A DNA stretch of 64,000 nt from Octopus sinensis. Taxonomy: Eukaryota. The stretch is from the NCBI RefSeq assembly GCF_006345805.1, contig NC_042998.1, positions 164,734,001 to 164,798,000 of the forward strand, in the 5' to 3' direction. This document shows positions 24,763 through 39,497 of this stretch, one piece after another. A program made the translations under genes and the position numbers. The notes under the pieces were generated by a model. The model searched no databases, was not told the origin of the DNA, and saw nothing but the letters and a program-made list of their open reading frames with translations. The stretch's first letter is position 1. Each line of letters begins with the position of its first letter.

Positions 24763-26567
24763 GTGCTGGGTTTAGTGGGGGCAGTATTAGCAATGCTAGT
24801 GTTTCTATTGCTTTTGGTTCAACTATCCCACCCCACCACCTTTTTTTTTTTTGCTATTTGTTTTATATGTCACACATTTTCCTTTTTTTGCGGCTCTTCT
24901 GCTATCTGCCTTAATGTATTTGACATCTGTGTTTTTTATACTTCCACTTTGGAAGAATTGCCTACCATTAAACGATAGACGTATTTCAGCAAACAGCTGA
25001 AAGCTGAAGGCATAGGATGTTCGAGATGGAGAGAGAAAGAGAGAGGCAGTGAGAGAAATGATAGGAAAACAATAACAACAACAACAGAAAGAAAAAAACA
25101 AAAACATACGAAACATATGCAAACGGAAAACTAAACAAATTCAATCCTAGTTTAAAGCTGAGGTTTCAATTTGTTCATTTATATAATGGTTACCATTTGG
25201 TACGGAGCAAAAACAGTGTAAAAAACAAAATAGTTTAATTATATGAATGTGTGAAAGATTAAATCACTCAACACCGCATACACACACACACGCGCGCGCG
25301 CGCGTGCGTTCACACGTACACTCACAAGCACACACATATACACACATGTATGTAAATGCTGTGTTGAACGACACATTTACACACACACACACACACCGCA
25401 CATATATATATATATATATAGTCTGTATGTATCTACGTCTAATTCTAATTCTACGCGTATATATACACATACATACATACATAAACATGTATATGTATAT
25501 ACGTATATATGTATGTTTAATTTTCAAAGATCAAACAGAAGCACGATACAGCAACGAACGGAAAATACACTCACAAGATATAGCTGTGCTCATTCCTCGT
25601 TCGGTATCGTCCAAAAAATCCTTTCAATTTCACGCCTTTATATACAGATTGGTGAACGTATGTGTTTACAAAAAGCAAAAAAATAACGAAGAAATGTGCC
25701 CAGTGCAAGAATTTGAGCTTGTATACTTTTATTAGGGGTTCAATATTCTTAACTTTTGAAAGTTTCCCGTAATCAATCATTTAAATTATGTCAAGAAGGG
25801 AAGCAGCGTGACAATGCATAAGCAAAAATATTCCTAAATTCATCAATATGTAATTAAGTTATTACATTTTGATTGGTTGCTAAAAGACAGTAAATAATGC
25901 GTCACGCATTCATCTAATCAAATGTCATATGCAAAACATGGTATGTATTTATGTATTCAAATGGAAATACATGCGCTATTTTCGCGTATCTGGTAGCATA
26001 TCTATAAAGCGTATAACAATAAAGAATGTGACAATTGTTAAAGTAGTTTTGATATTCGTTTATGAATGACCAACTTCTTTTTTTTTACATTATATTTTTC
26101 AGAATATAGAAAATCAATTATCATCAATAATATAGAAAATCAATTACGTAGAAAATAAGCTATTTTAGACAGTTGTGCCATATCTCCTAATTGGAAATGT
26201 ACGTCAGAGACCGCATAGTGACCTATCATTTGTCCATAGAGAAACTACATAGATAGTAGCTGAACCAACCGGCAGAAGACTTAGGCGTAGACAAAGAACG
26301 AGTTGACTGTATAATACCAATAACCTCAGGACTTATAGATGAGGTGCCTGAGGACTCTACACCACAATACTCCCAGAAATATTTGGCAGAGAAGATGGAT
26401 GGAAAAAATGATTATTAATTTTAATTGTTATATAATTACTGGCGCCAGTAATAACTGAAATAATATTACTAAAATGGAAAATTGCTTTCAATGTTGCAGT
26501 CGAAAATTATTCGATCGGAATCGATAAATGTCCATGCTTTGTATATCCCAATATGCATTCATGTACA

Positions 26568-26817
26568 AAGGCGGCGAGCTGGCAGAAACGTTAGCACGCC
26601 GGGCGAAATGCTTAGCTTGATACCTTTGTTTGTCCTTGTTTGTTCCCTCTACGTTTAATACCTTGTGGGCAATAAAGAAATAAGAATTGTTCGTACGACT
26701 TTGCCTTTCATTCATTAGGGGTCGATAAGCAAATTATCAGTTGAGCACTGGTGTCAATGTAATCGACTTAACCCTTCCCTCGAAATTGCTGGCCTTGTGC
26801 CAAAGTTTGAAACCAAT
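26568..26817 (+). mobile_element. SINE family B, rearranged or deleted dimer
   Basis: Head, then linker, then core and tail; the middle of monomer 1 is missing. Confidence 0.8.
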
Positions 26818-26823
26818 ACGTAT

Positions 26824-27509
26824 TCATATATATATATAAAACTCAACTTGTGTGTTTGTGTGTGTATCTGTGTGTGTGCCTGCGTGTTTAACTTCCCGGC
26901 ACATCTCCTCCTAGCCAACAAATCGTAGAACCACCAAAAATGGGTCACTTAAAGTTTAGGCGAATGAAAATTGAACTGCGCTATTTCTGTTCCGAAATTC
27001 ATCTCGCAAGTGCAAAAATCGATAATGTGCCTTATCCCATGCATTGAATAGTGAACTTTACTCAGTCAGCTGTTTGACGTGAACTGTGTTCATCACGCGT
27101 GCAAGCATGCGTAAATTGCATGAAAAATAAAAAAATCAAGACATAAAAACGAATCGCCGTAAACATTGTAGAAATTCGGCAAAGAAATGAATTTTCGGGA
27201 TGTAACCTGGAGGGTTTTTTCGTATTAATCGTTTGGACTTTGTGAACACATACCAATTGTTTTCATAACATTTTTAACGCTTCGAATTAAATGTGACCAT
27301 TTTGCGTTGAGTCTGCAGTTTGAATCACTTTAACCAAATTTTAGCAGACCGGATTTTTGATCATCACGATACATCGCCTGCGACTCCCTGAAACTCTCCC
27401 CTGAAATCCCCGTTGAGAAATCTATCATATATAATAATAATACTTTGAATGTGACTCCTGAGAAAGAGTAAAAGTAATTATCCGATGAACGACAGGTATT
27501 AACTGCTAG
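26824..27509 (+). mobile_element. Non-autonomous Helitron-like element
   Basis: 5' TC(A)TATATATATAAAA; 3' decayed hairpin CCGATGAACGACAGG followed by TATTAACTGCTAG|T. Confidence 0.6.
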
Positions 27510-27529
27510 TATATATATATATATGTATG

Positions 27530-27579
<50 letters not shown>

Positions 27580-28355
27580 ATATATATATATATATATATA
27601 ACAAACTACATACATTTCTATGTACGATGTAGTTTGTTCATTGTTATTTCATTTTGTTTTTCTTCCGTTCATTAAACAGAGAAAGATTCAATCTCCGAGG
27701 TACAATATACGTATGTTGGTATCTACATTTATAGCAAGGATAAGAATACATAATCATCAGAGTGTCTTGCTCTTGAAAGAGAAAAGAAGTGAAGTCAGAT
27801 ATTGCAAACGTGTATTGAGTGAAAATCACCTCAAAGAACGTCAAAGCGTCGAAGAAAATCAAAAACAATCGTATAACAAACTATAGCACACATGGATGCT
27901 CAGATTAAAATTGTGATTAAATATGGCACTTCAAACATATGCCTGTTACTGGTTTCAGCCAAAAGCTGGGGCCATTATGGAGCACCGCCTTTCGGTGTGT
28001 TTGGGTCTCCCTTTTGTATTATTTTTGGTGAAAATGCGAGTTGGATGTTAAACAAGTTGCGGTCCCTTGAAATGAAAGCTGTTGTTGTAGTACTGGATCC
28101 TTATTGAAAATGGAGTAGACGGGACTACTGTGTTTTGGACATCATGAAACGATGCACTAGAAATATACGTGAATACATGTGACAGTATAAAATGTGAAGG
28201 AAATATGCAAATCGCAGATGCAGGCCCAACTATGAATAGAAACATATTAGAAAACAAAGTTAAAATAATTACATCAGTAGGCATGGTCAATATAATTATT
28301 AAAAGCTGGCTATGATAATGAAATCGATCAATTCAAATGTAACAATCGACAAACA

Positions 28356-28781
28356 AGGCGCAGGAGTGGCTGTGTTGGTAAGTAGCTTGCTAACCAACCA
28401 CATGGTTCCGGGTTCAGTCCCACTGCGTGGCATCTTGGGCATGTCTTCTGCTATAGCCCCGGGCCGCAATGCCTTGTGAGTGGATTGGTAGACGGAAACT
28501 GAAGAAGCCTGTCGTATATATACGTATATATGTATGTGTGTTTGTTTTGTGTTTGTGGTGGTCCCCCTAGCATTGCTTGACAACCGATGCTGTGTGTTTA
28601 TGTCACCGTTACTTAGCGGTTCGGCAAAAGAGACCGATAGCATAAGTACTGGGCTTACAAAAAAAAAAAAAAAAAAAAAAAAAAAGAATAAGTCCGGGGT
28701 CGAGTTCGCTCGACTAAAGGCGGTGCTCCAGCATGGCGCAGTCAAAGGACTGAAACAAGTAAAGAGTAAAGAGTAAAGAGT
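28356..28781 (+). mobile_element. SINE family A, full length
   Basis: Complete head to (GTAAAGA)n tail; internal poly-A expansion. Confidence 0.92.
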
Positions 28782-29180
28782 ATGACATTGGTACGCGACA
28801 ACACGACACCCTAGTTTATTTATTATGTGCTTCTGTGTGTCTGAATGTGTGCGTATATGTATAAAATGTGGTGTGTGGATAGGCATAATTATGCTTATGT
28901 TTTGTATTTATATATGTAGAAGATAATATATATATATATATATTATATATATGGGGATGGCACATATATATATATATATAGATGCACACACATACAAACA
29001 CACACACACACACACTCACACATATATACATATATATATGGGGTAGGGAGTTGTAAAATTCTAATTTATAATATGAAAGGCGTTAACCGACGAAAGTAGG
29101 TTCGAATCCCAAGTGGCATAAGCTATTTTTCTTAGTATTCATTTTCTGCGTACATAAGGTCTCATAACACACACACACTT

Positions 29181-29246
<66 letters not shown>

Positions 29247-29539
29247 ACTATCTATCTATCTAGCTATCTATATATCTATCTAATGTACTGATCCGTGATA
29301 GAAAATTCAACAAAAATAGTATTCCATCTAATGAGAGATAAATATTAGTAGCGCTTTAATACATGTATTGTGACTTATTCATATGAGCATATTTCTTGAA
29401 GAATCTTACAATGTAACAGAAGTATATTTATAAAATCTATTGACATATTATGTGTATGTACACATGCATATTATGTCCTCTTTTCTCTCAATTGTTGGTG
29501 TTTATATGTGTATAGATACCCTCATTTTTTCTGTCTGTT

Positions 29540-29543
29540 TCTA

Positions 29544-29611
<68 letters not shown>

Positions 29612-29612
29612 A
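29540..29612. repeat. (CTAT)n microsatellite
   Basis: Direct reading. Confidence 0.97.
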
Positions 29613-31099
29613 CACATACACATACACGTACACACACTCACACATATATGCATATATAATTCTGTGGATTCAATTTCTGAAGAGACAGTGCATTGTGTTC
29701 TTGGGCAACACACTTCTTTTCACATTGTCTCAGTCTACTCAACTTTAAATGACTACCTGTCAAGCGCTGCGGTAGTTTTTTCCTTTCCAGTAGTCACTTC
29801 CCGTATGTGCCGTTGGGTGAAAGAGTAGATGTACTCACGATAGCGCAGGCATTTTATTTAAGGAAAGCATGGTACATGTCATCGAGTCATGCTCGTTTAC
29901 GAGTGACGGCTGTCTCCGCAAAAGAGCATGTCTTGTTAACAATGCACTACTCGAACAGAACTTGAACCTATGACATTTATGATCGTGAGCTATCCCTGGA
30001 CTGTGTCTGATGATGCCGTGAGAGCAGCCGCATGAACAGGCCAACGCACACTCTACCTCTACGCCGATGGATCTTCACGTTTTTTTATCAGTTACATTAG
30101 TAGTAGAAACTGGTTTTTTTTACAGCAATAGCTTTCACAGAAATGTTTTAATGAAGAAAACATGATTGGATGGTCATATCCAGTATATAAATCAATTCTT
30201 TTGCGAAAGGAAGAAGCCACTTTAACCTAAGTTTGCACTTTCCATTGCTTAAGAAAGCGGAGCCATCTGTTTTTTGCTGACCAACTCTTCGTTTTCTTCC
30301 GTGCTTTTCTTTTTCACAGGTTTCAGAGGTATCGTAAGGTCAAACCATTGCTTTTCACTATGACTATTCGTTAACAAAGTCCTTAGAGACATGCTGCTAT
30401 CACAATGAAATTTGTTATTATATTAGAAATAATACTTATATATTTGTAAAGAACCCTCGATGCCTAATAAAAATTGGGCAGAAATTGGACGGAGTGTTTT
30501 TCTGGAATCGAGTAGCATCATATGATACTGCTTTCCGGAAGTTACAACCGAAAGCACCACAACGAAGAAATTACAAACTTTTAAATGTTGGGTGCATAAA
30601 CACTTACCAATTTTAACCTCTGCAATGCAGCAAAACCATTTACAAATAATGAACTTTTGAAATGAAACGTACAACAATTATGTGTTTGTAATATAAGAAT
30701 ATATTCTAATAACCATAGCCTAAGTTATGATTTAGGTTTCCTAAACATATATATAGATAATATACTGCATTAGTTGACAGTATTATTAAATATTATTATA
30801 ATCGAATATAAATTTATATTTGAACACATTGAACAATACACTTAATATATTATCACTTAAAAACACTATAAAATACAGTAATTGCGGTTGAAAAAATGAA
30901 GGCATATACGGATGATGCTACAGGTTAGGTCAGAAAAATAGGCGCACAGTAAAACATGTCCCAAGTATAAACATCTGAATTAATAAGCAAAAAGAGTGAT
31001 AAAACATGGGCATGAAAAATTTAAGAAAACAAAGGACTTCAATAGATATTGAAGATAAAGATTAAGTAAGCAGTTTATCAAAAACTATAATACGCACTT

Positions 31100-31168
<69 letters not shown>

Positions 31169-31210
31169 TACACACACACACACGCACACACACACACACA
31201 CACATTCACA
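31100..31210. repeat. (CA)n microsatellite
   Basis: Direct reading. Confidence 0.97.
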
Positions 31211-31556
31211 CACTCATGTACATACAGGTAGATAGAGATGTATGTACGTATATATGTATTTCTCTATTGCCCACAGGGGGCTAAACATAGAGGGGACAAA
31301 CAATAACAAACGAAGGCTTTAAGTCGATCACATCGATCCGCAGAAAATATGACTGGTACGTCATATTCTTGAGCAAAAACTCTTCGTCTCATGTTGTATT
31401 GCGATCACGTGTACGTAGGAAGTGTGTTAATGCACAGTGAAGACATTTGATCAATATAAACAAACCATCTATGCAGGTGTTTCAGTAAGAAGTTGCGGGG
31501 CAATCCTCTACCGCTTACAAGAAAGTCCACTACATATACAGATATAAATAAACGCA

Positions 31557-31557
<1 letters not shown>

Positions 31558-31618
<61 letters not shown>

Positions 31619-31670
31619 CACACACGCACGCACACACACACATACACACACACACATACACACACACACG
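31558..31670. repeat. (CA)n microsatellite
   Basis: Direct reading. Confidence 0.97.
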
Positions 31671-32067
31671 TACGCACATGCGAACGCACATACGCACACA
31701 TATATAGAAAGGGTTACAAAGTTCATTCCCAATGCATTGGTAGTCGGGGGGGGGTGCTATCGTAAAAGGCATTAACCAAAAGTGCCAAGCAGTGAAACAG
31801 AAATTGAAACCATACTACCAATCGAAATCCTTAACGGCATAACCTGGCTCATTTCTAACAAAGATGCAAAGCGCCATCGCTGGAATGTAGATAACAACAG
31901 CAATATCACATTTTAAACATGAGGAAAGTTTTTGCACGTTTTCACTGTTGCGATTACAAATTGTATTTGCAATGTGCGTGTTAGCTGGTTGATTTCTTTT
32001 TCTGAAAACTTCAGCTTATCCAAATCGAAAGTTATGTATATATACTCACAAAACCAACTGCACCAAT

Positions 32068-32431
32068 TATCATTCAAGCTTTGGTGTTGGAGAAGACTTT
32101 TACGGATTCCATGGACAGTGAGGCTCACCAATGGAGAAGTTCTTAACCAGATCAAGCCGAAACTGTCGCTAGAAGTTAGGATCACCAAGCATAGATTGGC
32201 ATATTTTGGACATATTATGCGGAGAAAATCCCTGGAGAATGACATCATGCTCGGAATGGTCAGTGGCGAGAGAGGAAGAGGCCGACCAAGAATCTGCTGG
32301 CTTGACACCATCAAGAGTGACACGGGACTCACCATAGCCAATCTGAAAGAAGCGACCCAGGATAGAACTGGAGAACACTGATCCATCGAGTAACCGAGAG
32401 TCGACTTAGTCTGAGCGGATAGATAGATAGG
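32068..32431 (+). mobile_element. RTE-BovB-like LINE, 5'-truncated 3' end
   Basis: FKLWCWRRLLRIPWTVRLTN...YFGHIMRRKSLENDIMLGMVSGERGRGRPRICWLD matches the RTE-BovB ORF C-terminus; ends in a (GATA)n tail. Confidence 0.9.
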
Positions 32432-32545
32432 TGATCTGGGTATAGAAGGTAAAGATCTGTTGTTATCCTCTTTCTCTGCTCTTCGCGGAGATATTAACAC
32501 CAGTAGACAGCTGGCTTCAATCACCCAGTCTGTTATATTTGCACT

Positions 32546-32645
32546 ATGTATGTATGTATGTATGTATGTATGTATGTATGTATGTATGTATGTATGTATG
32601 TATGTATGTATGTATGCATGTATGTATGTATGTATGCATGTATAT
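32546..32645. repeat. (TATG)n microsatellite
   Basis: Direct reading. Confidence 0.98.
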
Positions 32646-33166
32646 ACGTATCTATATTTACCGTATGGTCAACTTTTAATCTATAACATGGGAGGATAAA
32701 TTGTTTCCTTCAATTTCTGCAATAATAATTCACTTCTGGGTTTGATATGCAATGTCGTGTAAAGTGACACCGAAACATGTATATGACTTCCACTGAGTGT
32801 CACAATGTGTATATTTTCTGTACAACTTAATTGTGTTAAGTTGGAAAGCATATTTTAAACATAATTAACTTGCACTCTTGCATGACACATTAAGCTTTTA
32901 AGGAAAATATTGTAAACATATGGCTTTACATAATACATACATACAGATCGCGGGAGCAAACTCACACACACACACACACGTGTATGTGCGTCTGTGTATG
33001 TGTATGTGTACGTGCGTGTATGGATGTGTGTGTGAGCTTATGTATGCATATATGTGAATGAGTTCTGTGTGTGTGTTTGAATATGCACATGCATATATAT
33101 ATATGTATAGGTATATATATATATATATATATAATATGTATGTATATATATATATAATATATATAT

Positions 33167-33199
<33 letters not shown>

Positions 33200-33537
33200 A
33201 TATATATGTATATATATATACATATATACATACTTATATACGTACATACATATTTCATGTGTATTATTTGGTAAGACACAAACTCAAGAAACAGGTATTG
33301 TATTATTCTTGCTCATTAGTTTCAGCTATTTCTTTAAGGCTGCAGATATTCGTACAAAATCCAGTTTTAACGATGATTCCCTATTGTTCTATGCAGCTTA
33401 TGGATAATTTAGTTACTTATATTTTCTTTCTATATTATCAAAATAGATATAAAAAATATCGGGGAATTTTAATTTGAAATTATGATAGCTCATATATCAA
33501 CTCTAAAGTTTACAAACTAAAGTTTAAAATTTCTTAC

Positions 33538-33741
33538 TCGGTACAAAGCTATGAAATTTGGAGAGAATCACTGTCGCTTAAATAAAATCCAGAGTAAATT
33601 TCAGTGGATAATTGATGTGATTGCTCCCCCAGAAGGATGGATGAGAGACCAAATTACTCAGGTTCGACTACCTACACATTACAATAACCATTGTCCTCTA
33701 CATGAGGGTTTTCAACCGGCTGCAGTTTATTTGATACCGCG
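33538..33741 (-). other. Candidate host-gene exon (possibly stop-containing)
   Basis: Strong acceptor TCTTTTCTTTCTGCAG| and donor |GTAAGA 204 bp apart in unique sequence; longest frame AVSNKLQPVENPHVEDNGYCNV*; no homology recognised. Confidence 0.3.
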
Positions 33742-33820
33742 CTGCAGAAAGAAAAGATATTTAAATTTTATTTCTATTTTATAGACTATTGTAGTCTGCA
33801 GGGTCTTTGCATTATATATA

Positions 33821-33861
<41 letters not shown>

Positions 33862-34040
33862 GTATTATATATTATTATATAATACACACACACACACCAC
33901 ACATATATATACATATACATACACACACGCACACACACACATATAGTATCAAGTAAAGGTTTGTATCTTCAATAAAAAAAATGAGTTCATGACGAAACGA
34001 AATACATGTTCATCACATTATTACTACTACTACAAATATA

Positions 34041-34416
34041 GAGGCGCAATGGCCTAGTGGTTAGGGCAGCGGACTCGCGGTCATAGGATTCCGGCCTGGA
34101 TTCACAGACCGGGCGTTGTGAGTCTTTATTGAGCGAAAACACTTAAAGCACCACGAAGCTCCGGCAGGGGTTGGTGGTGGCGAATCCTGCTGTACACTTT
34201 CGCCACAACTTTCTTCTACTTTTTCTTCCTGTTTCTGTTGTACCTGTATTTCAAAGGGCCAGCTTTGCCCCACACTGTGTCACACTGAATCTCTCCGAGA
34301 ACTACGGTAAGGGTACACGTGTCTGTGGAATGCTCAGCCACTTGCACGTTAATTTCACGAGCAGGCTGTTCCGTTGATTGGGTCAACTGGAACCTTCGTC
34401 GTAACCGACGAAGTGC
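34041..34416 (+). mobile_element. SINE family C, tail type 2
   Basis: Same head and body as the 1454 copy; tail TTTCTGTTGTACCTG...GTAACCGACGAAGTGC followed by (ACT)n. Confidence 0.9.
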
Positions 34417-34427
34417 CGTAGTAACTG

Positions 34428-34460
<33 letters not shown>

Positions 34461-34966
34461 TTTCTTTTTCCGTTTCTGGTTTCCTTTCCGTCCTCGTTAA
34501 CTCCTCCTTCATTCCTCTTCCTCGTTCGTTTGCAAACACAAACAACATACCTGAATCCTTGCCAAATAACAGCGATCGATCAGCGACAAGCCATTTAGAT
34601 AATTCGGTGTGAATCGCTTACACTAATGTTGTTTACAATGTGTCACTTGTGGCTAAAAGCAAGCAACTTCTTTCCATTCCGTCAAGCACTTCTAATACAG
34701 ATAGGTGTATTTAATTGTTTCGTCAATTTAGCTTCGAGACAAACAGACGTCAGCCAATTGTAGGACAATCGTTGTACAATGTTGACCACGTAACGTCCTT
34801 TATTAGACGAGAAAATACAATTACTCGCCCTCTTTCATACATCTTACAAATGATATATGTTCTTTACATATATACATACACATACATATATATGCATACA
34901 TATATAAATATCTATATATACATATATATATGTGTATATATATGTATATATATATATGTATGTATG

Positions 34967-35004
<38 letters not shown>

Positions 35005-35017
35005 TGTGTGTGTGTGT

Positions 35018-35052
<35 letters not shown>

Positions 35053-35428
35053 GTGTCATTTCTTCATTTCTTTAATTTCTTTACTTCGTTTTTGGAAATT
35101 TTGTATTATTTTGTATGTTATTGTACTTTTTGGGGAAGGGGATGGGTGTTTTTGTTTATTTTGTTTTGTTTTCTTAAATGGTGTTTCAGTGAGTGACGAA
35201 AGAAAAGAAATATTCGTGTTTCGTTCTTTTCATCTTAAGCAAACTTTGCATTTCTTTTATTGCCTCGAGATTCAAACAGAAGTGCCAAGTATTTTGTGAT
35301 ACAAAGTAGATTAAGTTGTGACGCTGGTAAGATATTACACACATACCAACATGCATACGAACATGTACGTATACGTATACACATATATATGCACAACATA
35401 CACAGGTGCATACGGATGACACAAATTA

Positions 35429-35480
<52 letters not shown>

Positions 35481-35609
35481 CATCTATCTATCTATCTATC
35501 TATCAATCAGTCTGACACCACTTTACTCGCATCTGTTTGTCTGTATCTCTCACTCTCCCCTCCTCTCTCTTTCCCTTCTCCCTCCCCCTCTCTGTATTAA
35601 TGTTTGTAT

Positions 35610-35760
35610 AGGCATGACTGTGCGGTTAAGAAATTCGTTTTATAACCAAGTAGTTTCGAGTTCAGTTCTATTGCACAGCACCTTGGGCAAGTATTTTCTA
35701 TTATAACCCTGGGTCGATCAATGCATTGTGAGTGAATTTGCTAGACGGAAACGGTGTGGA
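35610..35760 (+). mobile_element. SINE family A, 5' half
   Basis: Head and CCTTGGGCAAG segment. Confidence 0.75.
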
Positions 35761-35832
35761 ATATTATCTATCTATCTATCTATCTACGTATATATATATA
35801 TATATAATATATATATATATTTATATATATAT

Positions 35833-35901
<69 letters not shown>

Positions 35902-35981
35902 TATATAGCGAGAAAGAATAGAAGCAACAAGAATGGATAGGTTTTTAGTACGATCGTTTCATACAAGGACAGGTTTTTTCC

Positions 35982-36013
<32 letters not shown>

Positions 36014-36022
36014 CTATATATA

Positions 36023-36058
<36 letters not shown>

Positions 36059-36248
36059 TATATAATATATTTACATACATACAAACATTTGTAAATGATA
36101 ATAATTTTTATAAATATAAACTGTAAGCTTATGAAAAAATACAATTATTATTTACAAATTGTAAAACTTCGGCTCCGCTTATCAAATAATCGCGCATATA
36201 TATAATATATATATATATGCGATTTTTAACAAACTCACTGGTCTATAT

Positions 36249-36279
<31 letters not shown>

Positions 36280-36399
36280 ATAGCCAGTGAGTTTGTTTAA
36301 AAAATATACATTAGCGACAGAAGCAGCAATTCTTAGTATCGAGAGGTAATGTTTATTCTCACTTAAACGTGGGTGTTCTGTTAGAAGAAAGTTTACTGC

Positions 36400-36400
36400 G

Positions 36401-36493
<93 letters not shown>

Positions 36494-36515
36494 TTATTAT
36501 TATTATTATTATCAT
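36400..36515. repeat. (ATT)n microsatellite
   Basis: Direct reading. Confidence 0.97.
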
Positions 36516-36589
36516 TATCTATTTTTATTAGAGTCATTGGTTTAGAAACGTTATAGCATTCATTCTAATATTAATTGAAAAACAAAAGT

Positions 36590-36990
36590 GGGGAGCTAGC
36601 AAAATGGTTAGCACGCTCGGCAAAATGCCTAACAGTATTTCGTCCATCTTTAAGCTTACAGTTCAAATTCTGCCAAGGTGTACTTTGCTTTTCCTCCTAT
36701 CGGGGTCGTTGAGCACTGAGGTTGAGATAATCGACTTCATGGCCTTGTGCCAAAATTTGAAACCGATACTAATTTAAATACAAGAGCTGGCAGAACTTGT
36801 TAGCACGCTGGGCAAAATGCTTTATGACATTTCGTTCCTCTTTACGTTCTTAGTTCAAATTCCGCCGAGGTCGACTTTGCTTTCATCCAACTGGAGTCAA
36901 TAAAATAAGTACCAGTCGAGCATGGGAGTCCATGTAATCGACTTACCCTTCCTCCTAAAATGCTGGCTTTGTGCCAAAATTTGAAATCAA
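36590..36990 (+). mobile_element. Two head-to-tail SINE family B monomers (36590-36768, 36784-36990)
   Basis: Two GAGCT(A/G)GCA heads, each with core and TTGTGCCAAAATTTGAAA tail. Confidence 0.82.
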
Positions 36991-38208
36991 TATTAATTGG
37001 AGTACCCTTTCCATTCGTAATACTATACAACTTGTCAACATTAAGAGCGATATGGAAAACATATGTATGCTTTGTAGTAAAACAGCTCTAAATTATTCAC
37101 AATGGGAAGAACTTCTCTTTATATACAGTATACAACTTTCGCAATGACATCGGCTGATACGTTAGTATACATTAACGATGACTTCTCGTGATACATATAG
37201 TTACGCAATATCTTCATATTCTGTCAAAAGAAACATAGTGTTTTCCCACTCCAGCTTCAAGTGCAATACATGAATGCCTGGAGAGAATTAGCAGGGTTTC
37301 TTCTGCAAGAATTAGGGCACAGACAAATCTAAAAAGCAATGTGCTTGGTGCGAATCGAAAAACAAAAACACAAATGCAGTTCATACTGCAGAATAGTACT
37401 TTAGTTGAGCTGACAATTACAGATCACAGGAATTTTGAAGCAGCAACAGACTGTACACGGTTGCTCGGTCTACTTGAAAAGGCAACCAAATCTTTCTCTC
37501 TTCAGTCACACCCTACTGTCTTAAGAATGTGAGGGAACATTATGTAATGCAGTTGTAGATATACTGTGTTTTAAAAAGAAAAGAAAACCAAAAAACTATG
37601 GATTGGAAACAGCTATAATGCCCATGATCATATATCTAATCAATCAGAATTCGTCTGATTCTACACAACAATAGCATTCTCAGCAAACTTCTCATAGTAT
37701 TACACACTCAAGTAGATGGGTAACTGAAAATTATTTCATGAAATAGGGTGGTATTGATGAATTGGGTGGGGAGGGGATTTTAAACAAGTGTGTACAGACA
37801 CTTGGACAAAGTTTGTGCAATCTAAAATTAATCATACTCAATATTGGAAGTTCACGTATTGTGATTTAAAAATTTGGGAAAACGCTGGGTATAGAGAGAT
37901 TAATTCTGAATAAAAAAAAGATCTGGGAAAGTAATTTCAAGCGTGTCAAGATGCTTCAGCGAGATATAGTAAAGATGACAAAATAGGAAAAGCAGTTTTA
38001 AAATGTGTGATTGTATAGAAGGAGAAATCAATCAAAAGGGCCTGAGAAACACCAACGTTTGTAAAATTATGAATTTATAATTGGCAAGCAGTCGGCGGGC
38101 AAACGACGTCTAAGGCATTCGAGTCCCCCTAGTGGAAGAGTGCTTTCTTATTTCTTATAATGTCTGATATCAACAATTAGTATTGTCACAATAGAAATAT
38201 GTACATAT

Positions 38209-38522
38209 AGGTGCAAGAGTGGCTGTGTGGTAAGAGACTTGCTTCCCAACCACATGGTTCTGAGTTCAGTCCCACTACATGGCATCTTGCGCGAGTGTCT
38301 TCTACTATAGCCTTGTGAGTGGGTTTGGTAGAAGGAAACTGAAAGAACCCGCTATATTTATGTGTGTGTATGTGTTTATCCCCTACAACCTCTTGGCAAC
38401 CGGTGCTGCTGTGTTTACGTCCTCGTAACTTAGCCGTTCGACAAAAGAATCTGATAAATTAAATACCAGGTTTAAAAAGAAATACAAGTGTTAAGGTCGA
38501 TTTATTCGACAAAAATTCTTCA
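38209..38522 (+). mobile_element. SINE family A
   Basis: Head, body and 3' half match. Confidence 0.85.
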
Positions 38523-38789
38523 GTCTAATGACCGAAATAAGTAAAAGAATAACAGAATAAAATAAGTATGAAGCAATACAAGCTATGGCAAGTTGTTGAA
38601 GCGTTTTTAATGAAGGAGCATCTACGAAAGCGTTTCAGAGTATGAAGCCACGTGTGCACTAACGCACTAACAGCACCATTGTTGATAGAGCGCAATATCC
38701 CTGTGTAAGACAAATCTGTGGTTTGCATTGCGTAGATAGGTTCTTAGGTGTATATATTTGGGGTTTGAGAAAGAATGCAAATCTTTAGG

Positions 38790-38943
38790 TTTTTACGTTC
38801 TGAGTTCAAATTCTGCCGAAGTCGACTTTGCCTTTCATCCTTTCGGGGTTGATAAATTAAGTACCAGTTACGTACTGGGCTCGATCTAATCGACTTTTCC
38901 CCTCCCCCAGAATTTCGGGCCTAGTACCGAGAGTAGGAAAGAA
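38790..38943 (+). mobile_element. SINE family B, 5'-truncated
   Basis: TTACGTTCTGAGTTCAAATTCTGCCGAAGTCGACTTTGCCTTTCATCC core. Confidence 0.85.
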
Positions 38944-39019
38944 TATATCTTTGACCTCATCTGAAAAACTCGGTGCCTGACGCTTCAATCAGTTGCTGTG
39001 ACATGGAATGTCACCACCA

Positions 39020-39497
39020 GTGGTAAGTCGCTTGCTTACCAACCACATGGTTCCGGGTTCAGTCCCACTGCTTGGCAACTTGGGCAAGTGTCTTCTACTA
39101 TAGCCTCGGGCCGACCAAAGCCTTGTGAGTGGATTTGTAGACGGAAACTGAAAGAAGCCCTATATATTTTAAAATTTCTACCCTTATTAAATTTTATATA
39201 TATATATTATATATATATATATATATATGTGGTGTGTGTGTGTGTTGTGTGTGTTGTGTGTGTGTGTGTGTGTGGTGTGTGTGTGTATGTTTGTGTGTCT
39301 ATACCCTCCAACAGCGCTTGACAACCGATGCTGGTGTGTTTACGTCTCCGTAACTTAGCGGTTCGGCATAAGAGACTGATAGAATAAGTACTAGGCTTAC
39401 AAAGAATAAGTCCTGGGGTCGATTTCTTCGACTAAAGGCGGTGCTCCAGCATGGCCGCAGTCAAATGACTGAAACAAGTAAAAGAGTAAAGAGAGTA
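39020..39497 (+). mobile_element. SINE family A, near full length
   Basis: Body, internal microsatellite and tail. Confidence 0.9.
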
